This document shows positions 24,434 through 33,810 of a stretch of 64,000 nucleotides of DNA, piece after piece. The DNA comes from Escherichia coli. Lineage in GTDB: Bacteria; Pseudomonadota; Gammaproteobacteria; Enterobacterales; Enterobacteriaceae. The notes under the pieces were generated by a model that saw only the letters and a program-made list of their open reading frames with translations, did no database searches and had not been told where the DNA came from. Where the stretch lies: assembly GCF_050920415.1 (NCBI RefSeq), contig NZ_CP169309.1; one strand, given 5' to 3'. Position 1 is the first letter of the stretch, and each line of letters opens with the position of its first letter. The position numbers and the translations under genes were made by a program.

Positions 24434-24742
24434 ATGGATTATTTAATTCCAGTTTGTCTGGTATTGCTGGGATTGCTCGCGATCTTCACCCCCAATTGGC
24501 TGATCCCTGTTTTTATCGTCGTGGGGGGATGGCTGGGGGTACTTGCCTGGGGTTGGCTCTGGCTAATGATTTTTTTACCTTTACTTAACGGTGTCGGGCT
24601 TGCTTATGCCCTGTGGTTGATGTTCAAAAGGCCATCCATAGCATCCCGCTTGGTTGCTGCATGCTGTGTTATCTCCGTCATTCTGATGTTAGCGCTTTAT
24701 TATGCTTTCCTGACTATGCCGCCGTTCCCGCCTCAGCACTAA
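24434..24742 (+). CDS. Hypothetical small, Trp-rich membrane protein (102 aa, ~3 predicted TM segments)
   Basis: Intergenic ORF MDYLIPVCLVLLGLLAIFTPNWLIPVFIVVGGWLGVLAWGWLWLMIFLPLLNG...; no strong SD, so coding status is uncertain. Confidence 0.35.
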   Translation: MDYLIPVCLVLLGLLAIFTPNWLIPVFIVVGGWLGVLAWGWLWLMIFLPLLNGVGLAYALWLMFKRPSIASRLVAACCVISVILMLALYYAFLTMPPFPPQH

Positions 24743-24774
24743 GCCTGATAGCCAGAGGCTATCAGGCAACACTT

Positions 24775-26973
24775 TTACTTCCTGCGCAACAATCTTAACG
24801 CATTCGCTGTCACCAGCACCGTCGCACCCGTATCTGCCAGCACCGCCAGCCATAGTCCGGTCATCCCTAACAGCGTTGTGACGAGGAAGATCCCTTTCAG
24901 CCCCAGCGCAATGGTGATGTTCTGGCGGATATTGGCGTGAGTGGCGCGTGCCAGTTCAATCATCTGCGCCAGGCCGCGCAGGTGGTTATGGGTTAATGCT
25001 GCGTCGGCGGTTTCCAGCGCCACATCTGTGCCACTGCCCATTGCAATCCCTATGGCGGCAGCTTTCATGGCGGGCGCGTCGTTAATACCGTCACCGACCA
25101 TCGCCAGAGGCGCATGTTGATTCAGCTCGGTCACCGCTTTGACTTTATCTTCTGGTAATAGGCCCGCTTTAAATTCCAGCCCCAGTTCACCGGCGATTGC
25201 CGCCGCTGCGCGTGGATTATCGCCAGTGAGGATCACTCCTTTGACGCCCAGGGCGCTCAGTTCGCTGATGGCAGTTGCGGCGTCGGCGCGCAGGGTATCC
25301 TGCAATGCAATGACACCCAGCACTTCATCGTTACGCACCACCAGTACTACCGTTTGCCCGGCGCTTTCCAGTTCGTTAATTAAACCAGCAAATGCAACAA
25401 CCGGATGTTTTCCGGCAGCGCATATCAACACGCGCTCGCCGTTAATCAGTGCTTCAATACCAGACCCGACCAGCGCCCGCTGTGATTCGGCGGCAGGAAT
25501 GGTTAGCGCAGCGACCTGTGCTTCACGCACAATGGCCTGCGCCAGTGGATGCGTCGCGCCTTGTTCTACCGCCGCTGCCAGCGACAGCAGTTCAGATTCA
25601 CTAATCCCCGTTGCCGGATGAATCGCGGTAACGCGCGGTTTACCGACGGTCAGCGTACCGGTTTTATCAAACGCCACCTGGGTAACACGACCTAGTTGTT
25701 CCAGCGCCGCACCGCCTTTAATCAACGCCCCACGACGCGCTGCTGCCGCCAGCCCGGAGGTAATCGCCGCAGGTGTTGAGATCACCAGCGCACACGGGCA
25801 GCCAATCAGCAGCAGCGTCAGCCCTTTATAAATCCACTCTTGCCAGCTGGCGGCAAACAGCAGCGGCGGCACCAGAGTTACCAGCAGAGCGACCGCCATA
25901 ATCGCTGGCGTGTAAATACGGCTGAAACGGTCGATAAACCGCTCAATCGGCGCGCGGCGCTCTTCGGCTTCTTCGATCAGTTTCAGAATGCGGTCAATGG
26001 CGCTGGCACCCGGTTCTGACAACACTTCCAGGGTAACCAGACGGTCTACGCTGGTGGCGCCTGCAGGAACTTTATCACCCGTCGCGCGCTCCACCGGAAT
26101 GGATTCGCCGGTCAGGGCGCTTTCATCAAAACTGGCAAAGGGCGAGAGCAGTTTACCGTCGGCAGGTAAACGCCCACCTGCCGCAACTTCGATAACATCG
26201 CCCGGACGCAGGCTGTTAATTGCTACCTCTTCACGCTTGCCATTACGCAGGCGCGTGGCGGTTTCCGGTTTCAGCGCCATTAACGCGCTGACCCCTTGAC
26301 GTGCGCGGCTGGCGGCCCAGCCTTCCAGTCGTTCACCAATCAAAAATAGCAGCAACACCATCGCAGCTTCGGCGGTTGCGCCAATAAACAGCGCGCCAAT
26401 GGCGGCTACGCTCATTAACGTTTCAATGGCGAAGTAGCTGCCAGATTTGATCAGTCGTAATGCCTGGCGCGCAATCGGGTACAGCCCAACCAGCGTGGTC
26501 GCGATAAACGCCAGTTGCCCGAACGGATGATTAAACTGCTCCAGACCCCAGCTGATTGCCATCAACACGATTAGCGTAATCAGCGGCAGATTCTCTTTCA
26601 GGCGTGATTCTTGTTGTTCGTCGGCGGACTGTTCATCGCGCAGGGAATAGCCCGCTTTTTGCACCGCAGATTCAACCTGGGCACGGATGTCATTGTCGGC
26701 ATCCACCACCAGTTTTTCGGTGGCGAACAACACCTGCACCTGATTCACGCCTGCAAGCTGGCGCACGGCATTTTCTACCTTGCGCGCACAGGCGGCGCAG
26801 TCCATGCCGCTGACTTTCCAGCTATAGCGGGTGCCGGAGACGTTTTCAGAGAGCGTTGGCGTGCTGGAACATGCGCCGTCGCAGCAACAGTCGTTGGCGT
26901 TCTGAACCGTGGTTAGCGGTTTGAACGCGGCAAATTGAGGGGCTTTCTTGCCGTGATTGTCAGGAGTCGACAT
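24775..26973 (-). CDS. zntA: Zn/Cd/Pb-exporting P1B-type ATPase ZntA
   Basis: 732-aa ORF with N-terminal metal-binding GMDCAAC, CPC transmembrane motif and DKTGT phosphorylation site. Confidence 0.95.
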   Translation of the reverse strand: MSTPDNHGKKAPQFAAFKPLTTVQNANDCCCDGACSSTPTLSENVSGTRYSWKVSGMDCAACARKVENAVRQLAGVNQVQVLFATEKLVVDADNDIRAQVESAVQKAGYSLRDEQSADEQQESRLKENLPLITLIVLMAISWGLEQFNHPFGQLAFIATTLVGLYPIARQALRLIKSGSYFAIETLMSVAAIGALFIGATAEAAMVLLLFLIGERLEGWAASRARQGVSALMALKPETATRLRNGKREEVAINSLRPGDVIEVAAGGRLPADGKLLSPFASFDESALTGESIPVERATGDKVPAGATSVDRLVTLEVLSEPGASAIDRILKLIEEAEERRAPIERFIDRFSRIYTPAIMAVALLVTLVPPLLFAASWQEWIYKGLTLLLIGCPCALVISTPAAITSGLAAAARRGALIKGGAALEQLGRVTQVAFDKTGTLTVGKPRVTAIHPATGISESELLSLAAAVEQGATHPLAQAIVREAQVAALTIPAAESQRALVGSGIEALINGERVLICAAGKHPVVAFAGLINELESAGQTVVLVVRNDEVLGVIALQDTLRADAATAISELSALGVKGVILTGDNPRAAAAIAGELGLEFKAGLLPEDKVKAVTELNQHAPLAMVGDGINDAPAMKAAAIGIAMGSGTDVALETADAALTHNHLRGLAQMIELARATHANIRQNITIALGLKGIFLVTTLLGMTGLWLAVLADTGATVLVTANALRLLRRK

Positions 26974-27004
26974 GGCATCCTCCGGTTAAGTTTTTCTCAT
27001 TAAC

Positions 27005-27040
27005 CGAAGGATACACTCTGGAGTCGACTCCAGAGTCAAG
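27005..27040 (-). promoter_or_regulatory. zntA promoter with MerR-type ZntR operator
   Basis: -35 TTGACT (minus strand, 27034-27039) followed by the 22-bp perfect palindrome ACTCTGGAGTCGACTCCAGAGT (27015-27036), about 40-70 bp upstream of the zntA start. Confidence 0.75.
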
Positions 27041-27045
27041 TTTTA

Positions 27046-27672
27046 TCAGAGATACAGCGAGCGGACGATGAGGAAGTGACCGGCAAAATAACAAGCGGCG
27101 GCAATCGCGTGGTCCGCACGGAAGCGTCGGCGATAGTGGCTACCCAGCCAGACAAAGTTACTGATAAACAGCAACGAAGCGCCGACAAATGCAGAAAGTG
27201 CCGGAGCGGTTGGACGGAAGAACCACAGTTCACCTGCCAGCCATACCATCACCAGCGTCATGCCGATAAACGTGCAGATAGGCCAACGATACTCTTCCAG
27301 ACGCGTCCAGATAATCGCCAGTAACAGCGCACCCAGCACCAGCAACACCAGCGGCAAAGGCCAGAAGAAAGAGAGCGTCATCTGGCTGGCGAAATAGATG
27401 GTGTACAGCAGGTGCGAGAGGAAAAATGCGCCGATGGCATACATCAGACGTTGACGTGGCAACAGGGTTAGCGCATCGCCCAGCAGTGAGGCGCACAATC
27501 CCGCCAGCACCAGATAGCTAATGGCGTCGAACATCGGCGCTTGCCAGGCCAGCAACAGCAGGAGAAGAAGGGTTAATGGTTTAAATACCCAGCGTTGCCA
27601 GGTTGGCCCACGATACGATGCATCCACAGATAGCCATGCGGAAAGACAGACAGCGATAAACGACCAAAGCAT
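27046..27672 (-). CDS. yhhN: YhhN family inner membrane protein
   Basis: 208-aa hydrophobic ORF, synteny. Confidence 0.85.
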   Translation of the reverse strand: MLWSFIAVCLSAWLSVDASYRGPTWQRWVFKPLTLLLLLLLAWQAPMFDAISYLVLAGLCASLLGDALTLLPRQRLMYAIGAFFLSHLLYTIYFASQMTLSFFWPLPLVLLVLGALLLAIIWTRLEEYRWPICTFIGMTLVMVWLAGELWFFRPTAPALSAFVGASLLFISNFVWLGSHYRRRFRADHAIAAACYFAGHFLIVRSLYL

Positions 27673-27812
27673 CTTAGTTCCTTGAATTCGTTATTTTTTC
27701 GTAAGCGGAATGCCTACGGTCTTGCTTCCAGTTTAGTGGCGAGGGTGGACGGATGACAACACCATAACTGGCAGGGTATGCTTAATTCCGCATTTTCCGA
27801 TGAGGGATAAAG

Positions 27813-28172
27813 ATGAGCAAACCACCTCTTTTCTTTATTGTTATCATTGGCTTAATTATCGTCGCCGCATCGTTTCGTTTTATGCAACAACGACGGGAAA
27901 AAGCTGATAATGATATAGCGCCACTCCAGCAAAAGTTGGTGGTGGTGAGCAATAAGCGGGAAAAACCGATTAACGATCGCCGTTCGCGCCAGCAGGAAGT
28001 GACACCGGCAGGTACCAGCATGCGCTATGAGGCGAGCTTCAAACCGCAAAGCGGAGGAATGGAACAGACCTTTCGCCTCGACGCCCAGCAGTACCATGCC
28101 CTGACAGTGGGCGATAAAGGTACGCTGAGCTATAAAGGAACGCGCTTTGTCAGCTTTGTTGGCGAACAATAA
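27813..28172 (+). CDS. yhhM: DUF2500 protein YhhM
   Basis: 119-aa ORF with N-terminal TM segment, synteny. Confidence 0.85.
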   Translation: MSKPPLFFIVIIGLIIVAASFRFMQQRREKADNDIAPLQQKLVVVSNKREKPINDRRSRQQEVTPAGTSMRYEASFKPQSGGMEQTFRLDAQQYHALTVGDKGTLSYKGTRFVSFVGEQ

Positions 28173-28174
28173 GG

Positions 28175-28444
28175 TTATTTTTTAACTTTAAATTTCTTCT
28201 GCCAGACCAGCAGTTCAAACACGCCGAAAAGGAAAATGCGCACCTTTTCGGCGGTGGTCATCTGCGGGCCATCTTTCGGCAAAGTGGATTTCAATAGCGC
28301 CAGCTGCATACCATGCATCAGCACGGTAAAAATCAGCGCCACGTTAACGAAAATATTCAGCGGACGCGGGAAGGGATGCACCAGGTTGAGGATTAAAAAT
28401 CCCCAAACGCAGAGCATTAACAAACGTCCAATATTAATCAACAT
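28175..28444 (-). CDS. yhhL: DUF1145 small membrane protein YhhL (89 aa)
   Basis: Internal ATG giving MLINIGRLLMLCVWGFLILNL...; overlaps rsmD stop by 11 nt. Confidence 0.75.
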   Translation of the reverse strand: MLINIGRLLMLCVWGFLILNLVHPFPRPLNIFVNVALIFTVLMHGMQLALLKSTLPKDGPQMTTAEKVRIFLFGVFELLVWQKKFKVKK

Positions 28445-29030
28445 CACTTTCTCCTTGTGCTTCGCGTTGATACAGCCGATAAGCCACCTGACCCGCCACT
28501 TTTTCCCGATGTAATGACCAGTTCGCCGGAACAGTGGGCAGACCGTTTTCGACTTCGCTTTCGACATAAATCAGGGCTTCGTCAGCCAGCCAGCCGTTAT
28601 CTTCCAGTAAATTTATCGTCTCTTCTAACAAGCCACGGCGGAACGGTGGATCGACAAACACGATATTATGCGGTGTGCCTTTTTGCGCCAGGAATGACAT
28701 CGCGTTGCTGTTCACCACGCGTGCATTGCCTGCTTTTAGTGTCGCCAGATTCTTAATTAACTGCTGAGAAACCGCGCGATCCATCTCAATCAACGTGGCC
28801 CCCGCAGCGTAGCGCGATAACGCTTCCAGCCCCAGCGCGCCGCTCCCGGCGAAGCAATCCAGACATTGGGCATCAACAATGACCGGAGCCAGCCAGTTAA
28901 ACAACGTTTCGCGTACGCGGTCTGTGGTGGGGCGCAGACCTGGGCTATCAGGAACCGGGAGTTTACGGCCTCGCCACTGCCCGCCAATAATGCGGATTTG
29001 GCCGCTGCCGGAATGATTCGGTTTTTTCAT
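28434..29030 (-). CDS. rsmD: 16S rRNA m2G966 methyltransferase RsmD
   Basis: 198-aa ORF with SAM-binding motif (LDCFAGSGALGLEALSR) and DPPF motif. Confidence 0.9.
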   Translation of the reverse strand: MKKPNHSGSGQIRIIGGQWRGRKLPVPDSPGLRPTTDRVRETLFNWLAPVIVDAQCLDCFAGSGALGLEALSRYAAGATLIEMDRAVSQQLIKNLATLKAGNARVVNSNAMSFLAQKGTPHNIVFVDPPFRRGLLEETINLLEDNGWLADEALIYVESEVENGLPTVPANWSLHREKVAGQVAYRLYQREAQGESDVD

Positions 29031-29179
29031 GATAAATTGCTCAATCCGCCATATAACACATACTTGCAGGCGGTGATGTGAATTAAGTTAAGTGATAGAC
29101 TATTTCATCATTTTTTTAGCTGCTATGTACATAGCGTTAACGCTGTGCCATGAAGCAACAGCGAGGAGTGTAGTCGCAA

Positions 29180-30718
29180 ATGGCGAAAGAAAAAAAACGT
29201 GGCTTTTTTTCCTGGCTGGGCTTTGGTCAAAAAGAGCAGACCCCGGAAAAAGAGACAGAAGTCCAGAACGAACAACCGGTTGTAGAAGAAATCGTTCCGG
29301 CGCAAGAGCCTGCGAAGGCTTCTGAACAAGCCGTTGAAGAGCAGCCGCAGGCGCATACTGAAGCCGAGGCGGAAACTTTTGCTGCCGACGTTGTGGAAGT
29401 TACTGAACAGGTTGCTGAAAGTGAAAAAGCGCAGCCTGAAGCTGTTGCTGAACCGGAAGTTATTACTGAGCCGGAAACGATAGTTGAAGAAACGCCAGCG
29501 TCAGTCATTGAACCTGAAGTTACGCCAGAGCCTGTGGCTATCGAGCGTGAAGAGCTGCCGTTGCCGGAAGACGTCAAAGCCGAAGAGGTTTCGCCAGAAG
29601 AGTGGCAGGCCGAAGCGGAAACCGTAGAGATTGTCGAAGCGGCGGAAGAAGAAGCGGCTAAAGACGAAATCACCGACGAAGAGCTGGAAGCACAGGCGCT
29701 GGCTGCCGAAGCGGCAGAAGAGGCGGTGATGGTGGTTCCTCCGGCAGAAGAAGAGCAGCCGGTGGAAGAAATCGCTCAGGAGCAGGAAAAACCGACCAAA
29801 GAAGGTTTCTTCGCGCGCCTGAAACGCAGCCTGTTAAAAACCAAAGAAAACCTCGGTTCCGGATTTATCAGCCTGTTCCGCGGTAAAAAAATCGACGATG
29901 ATCTGTTTGAAGAATTGGAAGAGCAATTGCTCATCGCCGATGTGGGCGTGGAAACCACGCGTAAAATTATCACCAATCTGACAGAAGGTGCGACCCGCAA
30001 GCAGCTTCGTGATGCCGAGGCGCTCTATGGCCTGCTGAAAGAAGAGATGGGTGAGATACTGGCGAAAGTCGATGAACCGCTGAACGTTGAAGGTAAAACG
30101 CCATTCGTGATCCTGATGGTGGGCGTCAACGGTGTGGGTAAAACCACGACGATTGGTAAGCTGGCGCGTCAGTTTGAGCAGCAGGGTAAATCAGTGATGC
30201 TGGCGGCGGGCGATACTTTCCGTGCAGCAGCGGTTGAACAGCTTCAGGTCTGGGGGCAGCGTAATAATATTCCGGTGATTGCCCAGCATACCGGTGCGGA
30301 TTCTGCTTCTGTTATCTTCGACGCCATTCAGGCCGCTAAAGCGCGTAACATCGACGTTCTGATTGCCGATACCGCCGGGCGCCTGCAGAACAAATCGCAC
30401 TTGATGGAAGAGTTGAAGAAAATCGTCCGCGTGATGAAGAAACTCGACGTTGAAGCTCCGCATGAAGTTATGCTGACTATCGACGCCAGTACCGGGCAGA
30501 ATGCAGTAAGCCAGGCCAAACTGTTCCACGAAGCCGTTGGCTTAACCGGCATCACGCTAACGAAACTGGACGGCACGGCGAAAGGCGGGGTAATTTTCTC
30601 GGTGGCTGACCAGTTTGGTATCCCTATCCGCTACATTGGTGTCGGCGAACGTATTGAGGATTTGCGTCCGTTTAAAGCGGACGACTTTATAGAGGCACTT
30701 TTTGCCCGAGAGGATTAA
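29180..30718 (+). CDS. ftsY: Signal recognition particle receptor FtsY (512 aa; acidic A-domain longer than the 497 aa recalled for K-12)
   Basis: MAKEKKRGFFSWLGFGQKEQ N-terminus, acidic E/A/V/P-rich domain, C-terminal SRP GTPase motifs (GVNGVGKTTT, DTAGR). Confidence 0.95.
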   Translation: MAKEKKRGFFSWLGFGQKEQTPEKETEVQNEQPVVEEIVPAQEPAKASEQAVEEQPQAHTEAEAETFAADVVEVTEQVAESEKAQPEAVAEPEVITEPETIVEETPASVIEPEVTPEPVAIEREELPLPEDVKAEEVSPEEWQAEAETVEIVEAAEEEAAKDEITDEELEAQALAAEAAEEAVMVVPPAEEEQPVEEIAQEQEKPTKEGFFARLKRSLLKTKENLGSGFISLFRGKKIDDDLFEELEEQLLIADVGVETTRKIITNLTEGATRKQLRDAEALYGLLKEEMGEILAKVDEPLNVEGKTPFVILMVGVNGVGKTTTIGKLARQFEQQGKSVMLAAGDTFRAAAVEQLQVWGQRNNIPVIAQHTGADSASVIFDAIQAAKARNIDVLIADTAGRLQNKSHLMEELKKIVRVMKKLDVEAPHEVMLTIDASTGQNAVSQAKLFHEAVGLTGITLTKLDGTAKGGVIFSVADQFGIPIRYIGVGERIEDLRPFKADDFIEALFARED

Positions 30719-30720
30719 CA

Positions 30721-31389
30721 ATGATTCGCTTTGAACATGTCAGCAAGGCTTATCTCGGTGGGAGACAGGCGCTGCAGGGCGTTACGTTCCATATGCAGCC
30801 GGGTGAGATGGCGTTTCTGACCGGTCATTCCGGCGCAGGGAAAAGTACCCTCCTGAAGCTGATCTGTGGGATTGAGCGGCCCAGCGCCGGGAAAATCTGG
30901 TTTAGCGGCCATGACATCACGCGTCTGAAAAACCGTGAAGTTCCGTTTCTGCGCCGCCAGATTGGCATGATTTTCCAGGATCACCATCTACTGATGGACC
31001 GTACTGTCTACGATAACGTGGCGATCCCGCTGATTATCGCCGGTGCCAGCGGTGACGATATTCGTCGTCGTGTATCGGCGGCGCTGGATAAAGTCGGGCT
31101 ACTGGACAAAGCGAAGAACTTCCCTATTCAGCTTTCCGGCGGTGAACAACAGCGTGTTGGCATTGCCCGCGCGGTGGTGAACAAGCCCGCGGTACTGCTG
31201 GCGGATGAACCGACCGGTAACCTTGACGACGCGTTGTCAGAAGGAATTCTACGTCTGTTTGAAGAATTCAACCGCGTTGGGGTAACCGTATTGATGGCAA
31301 CGCACGACATCAACCTGATTTCGCGGCGTTCCTATCGCATGCTCACCCTGAGCGATGGTCACTTGCATGGAGGCGTGGGCCATGAATAA
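30721..31389 (+). CDS. ftsE: Cell-division ABC transporter ATP-binding protein FtsE
   Basis: 222-aa ORF with Walker [10 protein letters not shown] and signature LSGGEQQR. Confidence 0.95.
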   Translation: MIRFEHVSKAYLGGRQALQGVTFHMQPGEMAFLTGHSGAGKSTLLKLICGIERPSAGKIWFSGHDITRLKNREVPFLRRQIGMIFQDHHLLMDRTVYDNVAIPLIIAGASGDDIRRRVSAALDKVGLLDKAKNFPIQLSGGEQQRVGIARAVVNKPAVLLADEPTGNLDDALSEGILRLFEEFNRVGVTVLMATHDINLISRRSYRMLTLSDGHLHGGVGHE

Positions 31390-32440
31390 GCGCGATGCAA
31401 TCAATCATATCCGGCAGTTTGGCGGGCGTCTGGATCGCTTCCGTAAATCGGTCGGCGGCTCTGGCGACGGCGGTCGTAATGCGCCGAAACGCGCGAAATC
31501 CTCGCCAAAACCGGTAAACCGCAAAACTAACGTTTTCAACGAACAGGTGCGCTATGCCTTCCACGGCGCATTGCAGGATCTGAAAAGCAAACCGTTCGCC
31601 ACGTTTTTAACGGTGATGGTTATTGCCATCTCTCTGACGCTGCCCAGCGTCTGTTATATGGTGTACAAAAACGTTAACCAGGCGGCGACGCAGTATTATC
31701 CGTCACCGCAAATCACCGTTTATCTGCAAAAAACGCTGGACGATGACGCCGCTGCGGGCGTGGTGGCACAGTTGCAGGCCGAGCAAGGTGTAGAGAAAGT
31801 AAACTATCTTTCTCGTGAAGACGCACTGGGCGAGTTCCGTAACTGGTCTGGTTTTGGTGGTGCGCTGGATATGCTGGAAGAAAACCCGCTTCCGGCAGTG
31901 GCGGTGGTAATCCCGAAACTCGATTTTCAGGGGACCGAGTCACTGAATACCTTGCGCGATCGTATCACCCAGATCAACGGCATTGACGAAGTGCGAATGG
32001 ATGACAGCTGGTTTGCCCGTCTGGCGGCGTTGACCGGGCTGGTCGGGCGCGTTTCGGCAATGATCGGCGTATTGATGGTGGCGGCAGTGTTCCTCGTCAT
32101 CGGTAACAGTGTGCGTCTGAGCATCTTTGCTCGCCGTGACTCCATTAACGTACAGAAACTGATTGGTGCGACAGATGGTTTCATCCTGCGCCCATTCCTG
32201 TACGGTGGCGCATTGCTGGGATTTTCTGGCGCATTGCTGTCATTAATTTTGTCGGAAATTCTGGTCCTGCGTTTGTCTTCGGCGGTTGCGGAAGTGGCAC
32301 AGGTTTTCGGAACGAGGTTTGATATCAATGGCTTATCTTTTGATGAATGCCTGCTATTGCTGCTGGTATGCTCGATGATTGGCTGGGTGGCAGCCTGGCT
32401 TGCCACGGTACAACATTTACGCCACTTTACGCCTGAATAA
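31382..32440 (+). CDS. ftsX: Cell-division ABC transporter permease-like protein FtsX (352 aa)
   Basis: ATG overlapping ftsE 3' end; [20 protein letters not shown]...; 4 TM segments. Confidence 0.9.
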   Translation: MNKRDAINHIRQFGGRLDRFRKSVGGSGDGGRNAPKRAKSSPKPVNRKTNVFNEQVRYAFHGALQDLKSKPFATFLTVMVIAISLTLPSVCYMVYKNVNQAATQYYPSPQITVYLQKTLDDDAAAGVVAQLQAEQGVEKVNYLSREDALGEFRNWSGFGGALDMLEENPLPAVAVVIPKLDFQGTESLNTLRDRITQINGIDEVRMDDSWFARLAALTGLVGRVSAMIGVLMVAAVFLVIGNSVRLSIFARRDSINVQKLIGATDGFILRPFLYGGALLGFSGALLSLILSEILVLRLSSAVAEVAQVFGTRFDINGLSFDECLLLLLVCSMIGWVAAWLATVQHLRHFTPE

Positions 32441-32564
32441 TAAAAGCGTGTTATACTCTTTCCCTGCAATGGGTTCCGTAGCAGGGAAAGAGACCCCGTT
32501 GTCTCTTCCCGGTATTTCATCTCTATGTCACATTTTGTGCGTAATTTATTCACAGCGTTGCATT

Positions 32565-32591
32565 GAACTTGTGGATAAAATCACGGTCTGA
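32565..32591 (+). promoter_or_regulatory. Sigma-E dependent promoter (rpoH P3)
   Basis: GAACTT-N16-TCTGA, matching the sigma-E consensus, ~95 bp upstream of the rpoH start. Confidence 0.7.
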
Positions 32592-32684
32592 TAAAACAGT
32601 GAATGATAACCTCGTTGCTCTTAAGCTCTGGCACAGTTGTTGCTACCACTGAAGCGCCAGAAGATATCGATTGAGAGGATTTGA

Positions 32685-33539
32685 ATGACTGACAAAATGC
32701 AAAGTTTAGCTTTAGCCCCTGTTGGCAACCTGGATTCCTACATCCGGGCAGCTAACGCGTGGCCGATGTTGTCGGCTGACGAGGAGCGGGCGCTGGCTGA
32801 AAAGCTGCATTACCATGGCGATCTGGAAGCAGCAAAAACGCTGATCCTGTCTCACCTGCGGTTTGTTGTTCATATTGCTCGTAATTATGCGGGCTATGGC
32901 CTGCCACAGGCGGATTTGATTCAGGAAGGTAACATCGGCCTGATGAAAGCAGTGCGCCGTTTTAACCCGGAAGTGGGTGTGCGCCTGGTCTCCTTCGCCG
33001 TTCACTGGATCAAAGCAGAGATCCACGAATACGTTCTGCGCAACTGGCGTATCGTCAAAGTTGCGACCACCAAAGCGCAGCGCAAACTGTTCTTCAACCT
33101 GCGTAAAACCAAGCAGCGTCTGGGCTGGTTTAATCAGGATGAAGTCGAAATGGTGGCCCGTGAACTGGGCGTAACCAGCAAAGACGTACGTGAGATGGAA
33201 TCGCGTATGGCGGCACAGGACATGACCTTTGACCTGTCTTCCGACGACGATTCCGACAGCCAGCCGATGGCTCCGGTGCTCTATCTGCAGGATAAATCGT
33301 CCAACTTTGCCGACGGCATTGAAGATGATAACTGGGAAGAGCAGGCGGCAAACCGTCTGACCGACGCGATGCAGGGTCTGGATGAGCGTAGCCAGGACAT
33401 TATCCGCGCACGCTGGTTGGACGAAGACAACAAGTCCACGTTGCAGGAACTGGCTGACCGTTACGGTGTTTCCGCTGAGCGTGTGCGCCAGCTGGAAAAG
33501 AACGCGATGAAAAAACTTCGCGCTGCTATTGAAGCGTAA
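32685..33539 (+). CDS. rpoH: RNA polymerase sigma-32 heat-shock factor RpoH
   Basis: 284-aa [54 protein letters not shown]... Confidence 0.95.
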   Translation: MTDKMQSLALAPVGNLDSYIRAANAWPMLSADEERALAEKLHYHGDLEAAKTLILSHLRFVVHIARNYAGYGLPQADLIQEGNIGLMKAVRRFNPEVGVRLVSFAVHWIKAEIHEYVLRNWRIVKVATTKAQRKLFFNLRKTKQRLGWFNQDEVEMVARELGVTSKDVREMESRMAAQDMTFDLSSDDDSDSQPMAPVLYLQDKSSNFADGIEDDNWEEQAANRLTDAMQGLDERSQDIIRARWLDEDNKSTLQELADRYGVSAERVRQLEKNAMKKLRAAIEA

Positions 33540-33558
33540 TTACCGCTGTTAAGCAGAG

Positions 33559-33592
33559 AACCCTGGATGAGAGTCCGGGGTTTTTGTTTTTT
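33559..33592 (+). terminator. rpoH intrinsic terminator
   Basis: Stem AACCCUGGA/UCCGGGGUU (one G-U pair) followed by TTTTTGTTTTTT. Confidence 0.7.
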
Positions 33593-33810
33593 GGACCTCT
33601 ACAATAATCAATTACCCCCTCCGACAAAACGCCAATCCCCACGCAGATTGTTAATAAACTGTCAAAATAGCTATTCCAATATCATAAAAATCGGGTATGT
33701 TTTAGCAGAGTATGCTGCTAAAGCACGGGTAGTCATGCATAAAACGAAATAAAGTGCTGAACAACAACATCACAACACACGTAATAACCAGATGAATGGG
33801 GATTCTCAGG

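Noticed and set aside
29227-29673. 148-aa Ser/Thr/Ala-rich minus-strand ORF
   Set aside because: Antisense to the GAA/GCA-rich acidic-domain coding region of ftsY; a low-complexity artefact.
31927-32553. 208-aa minus-strand ORF across the ftsX 3' end and the rpoH promoter region
   Set aside because: Antisense to ftsX and spans the rpoH promoter cluster; no start context.
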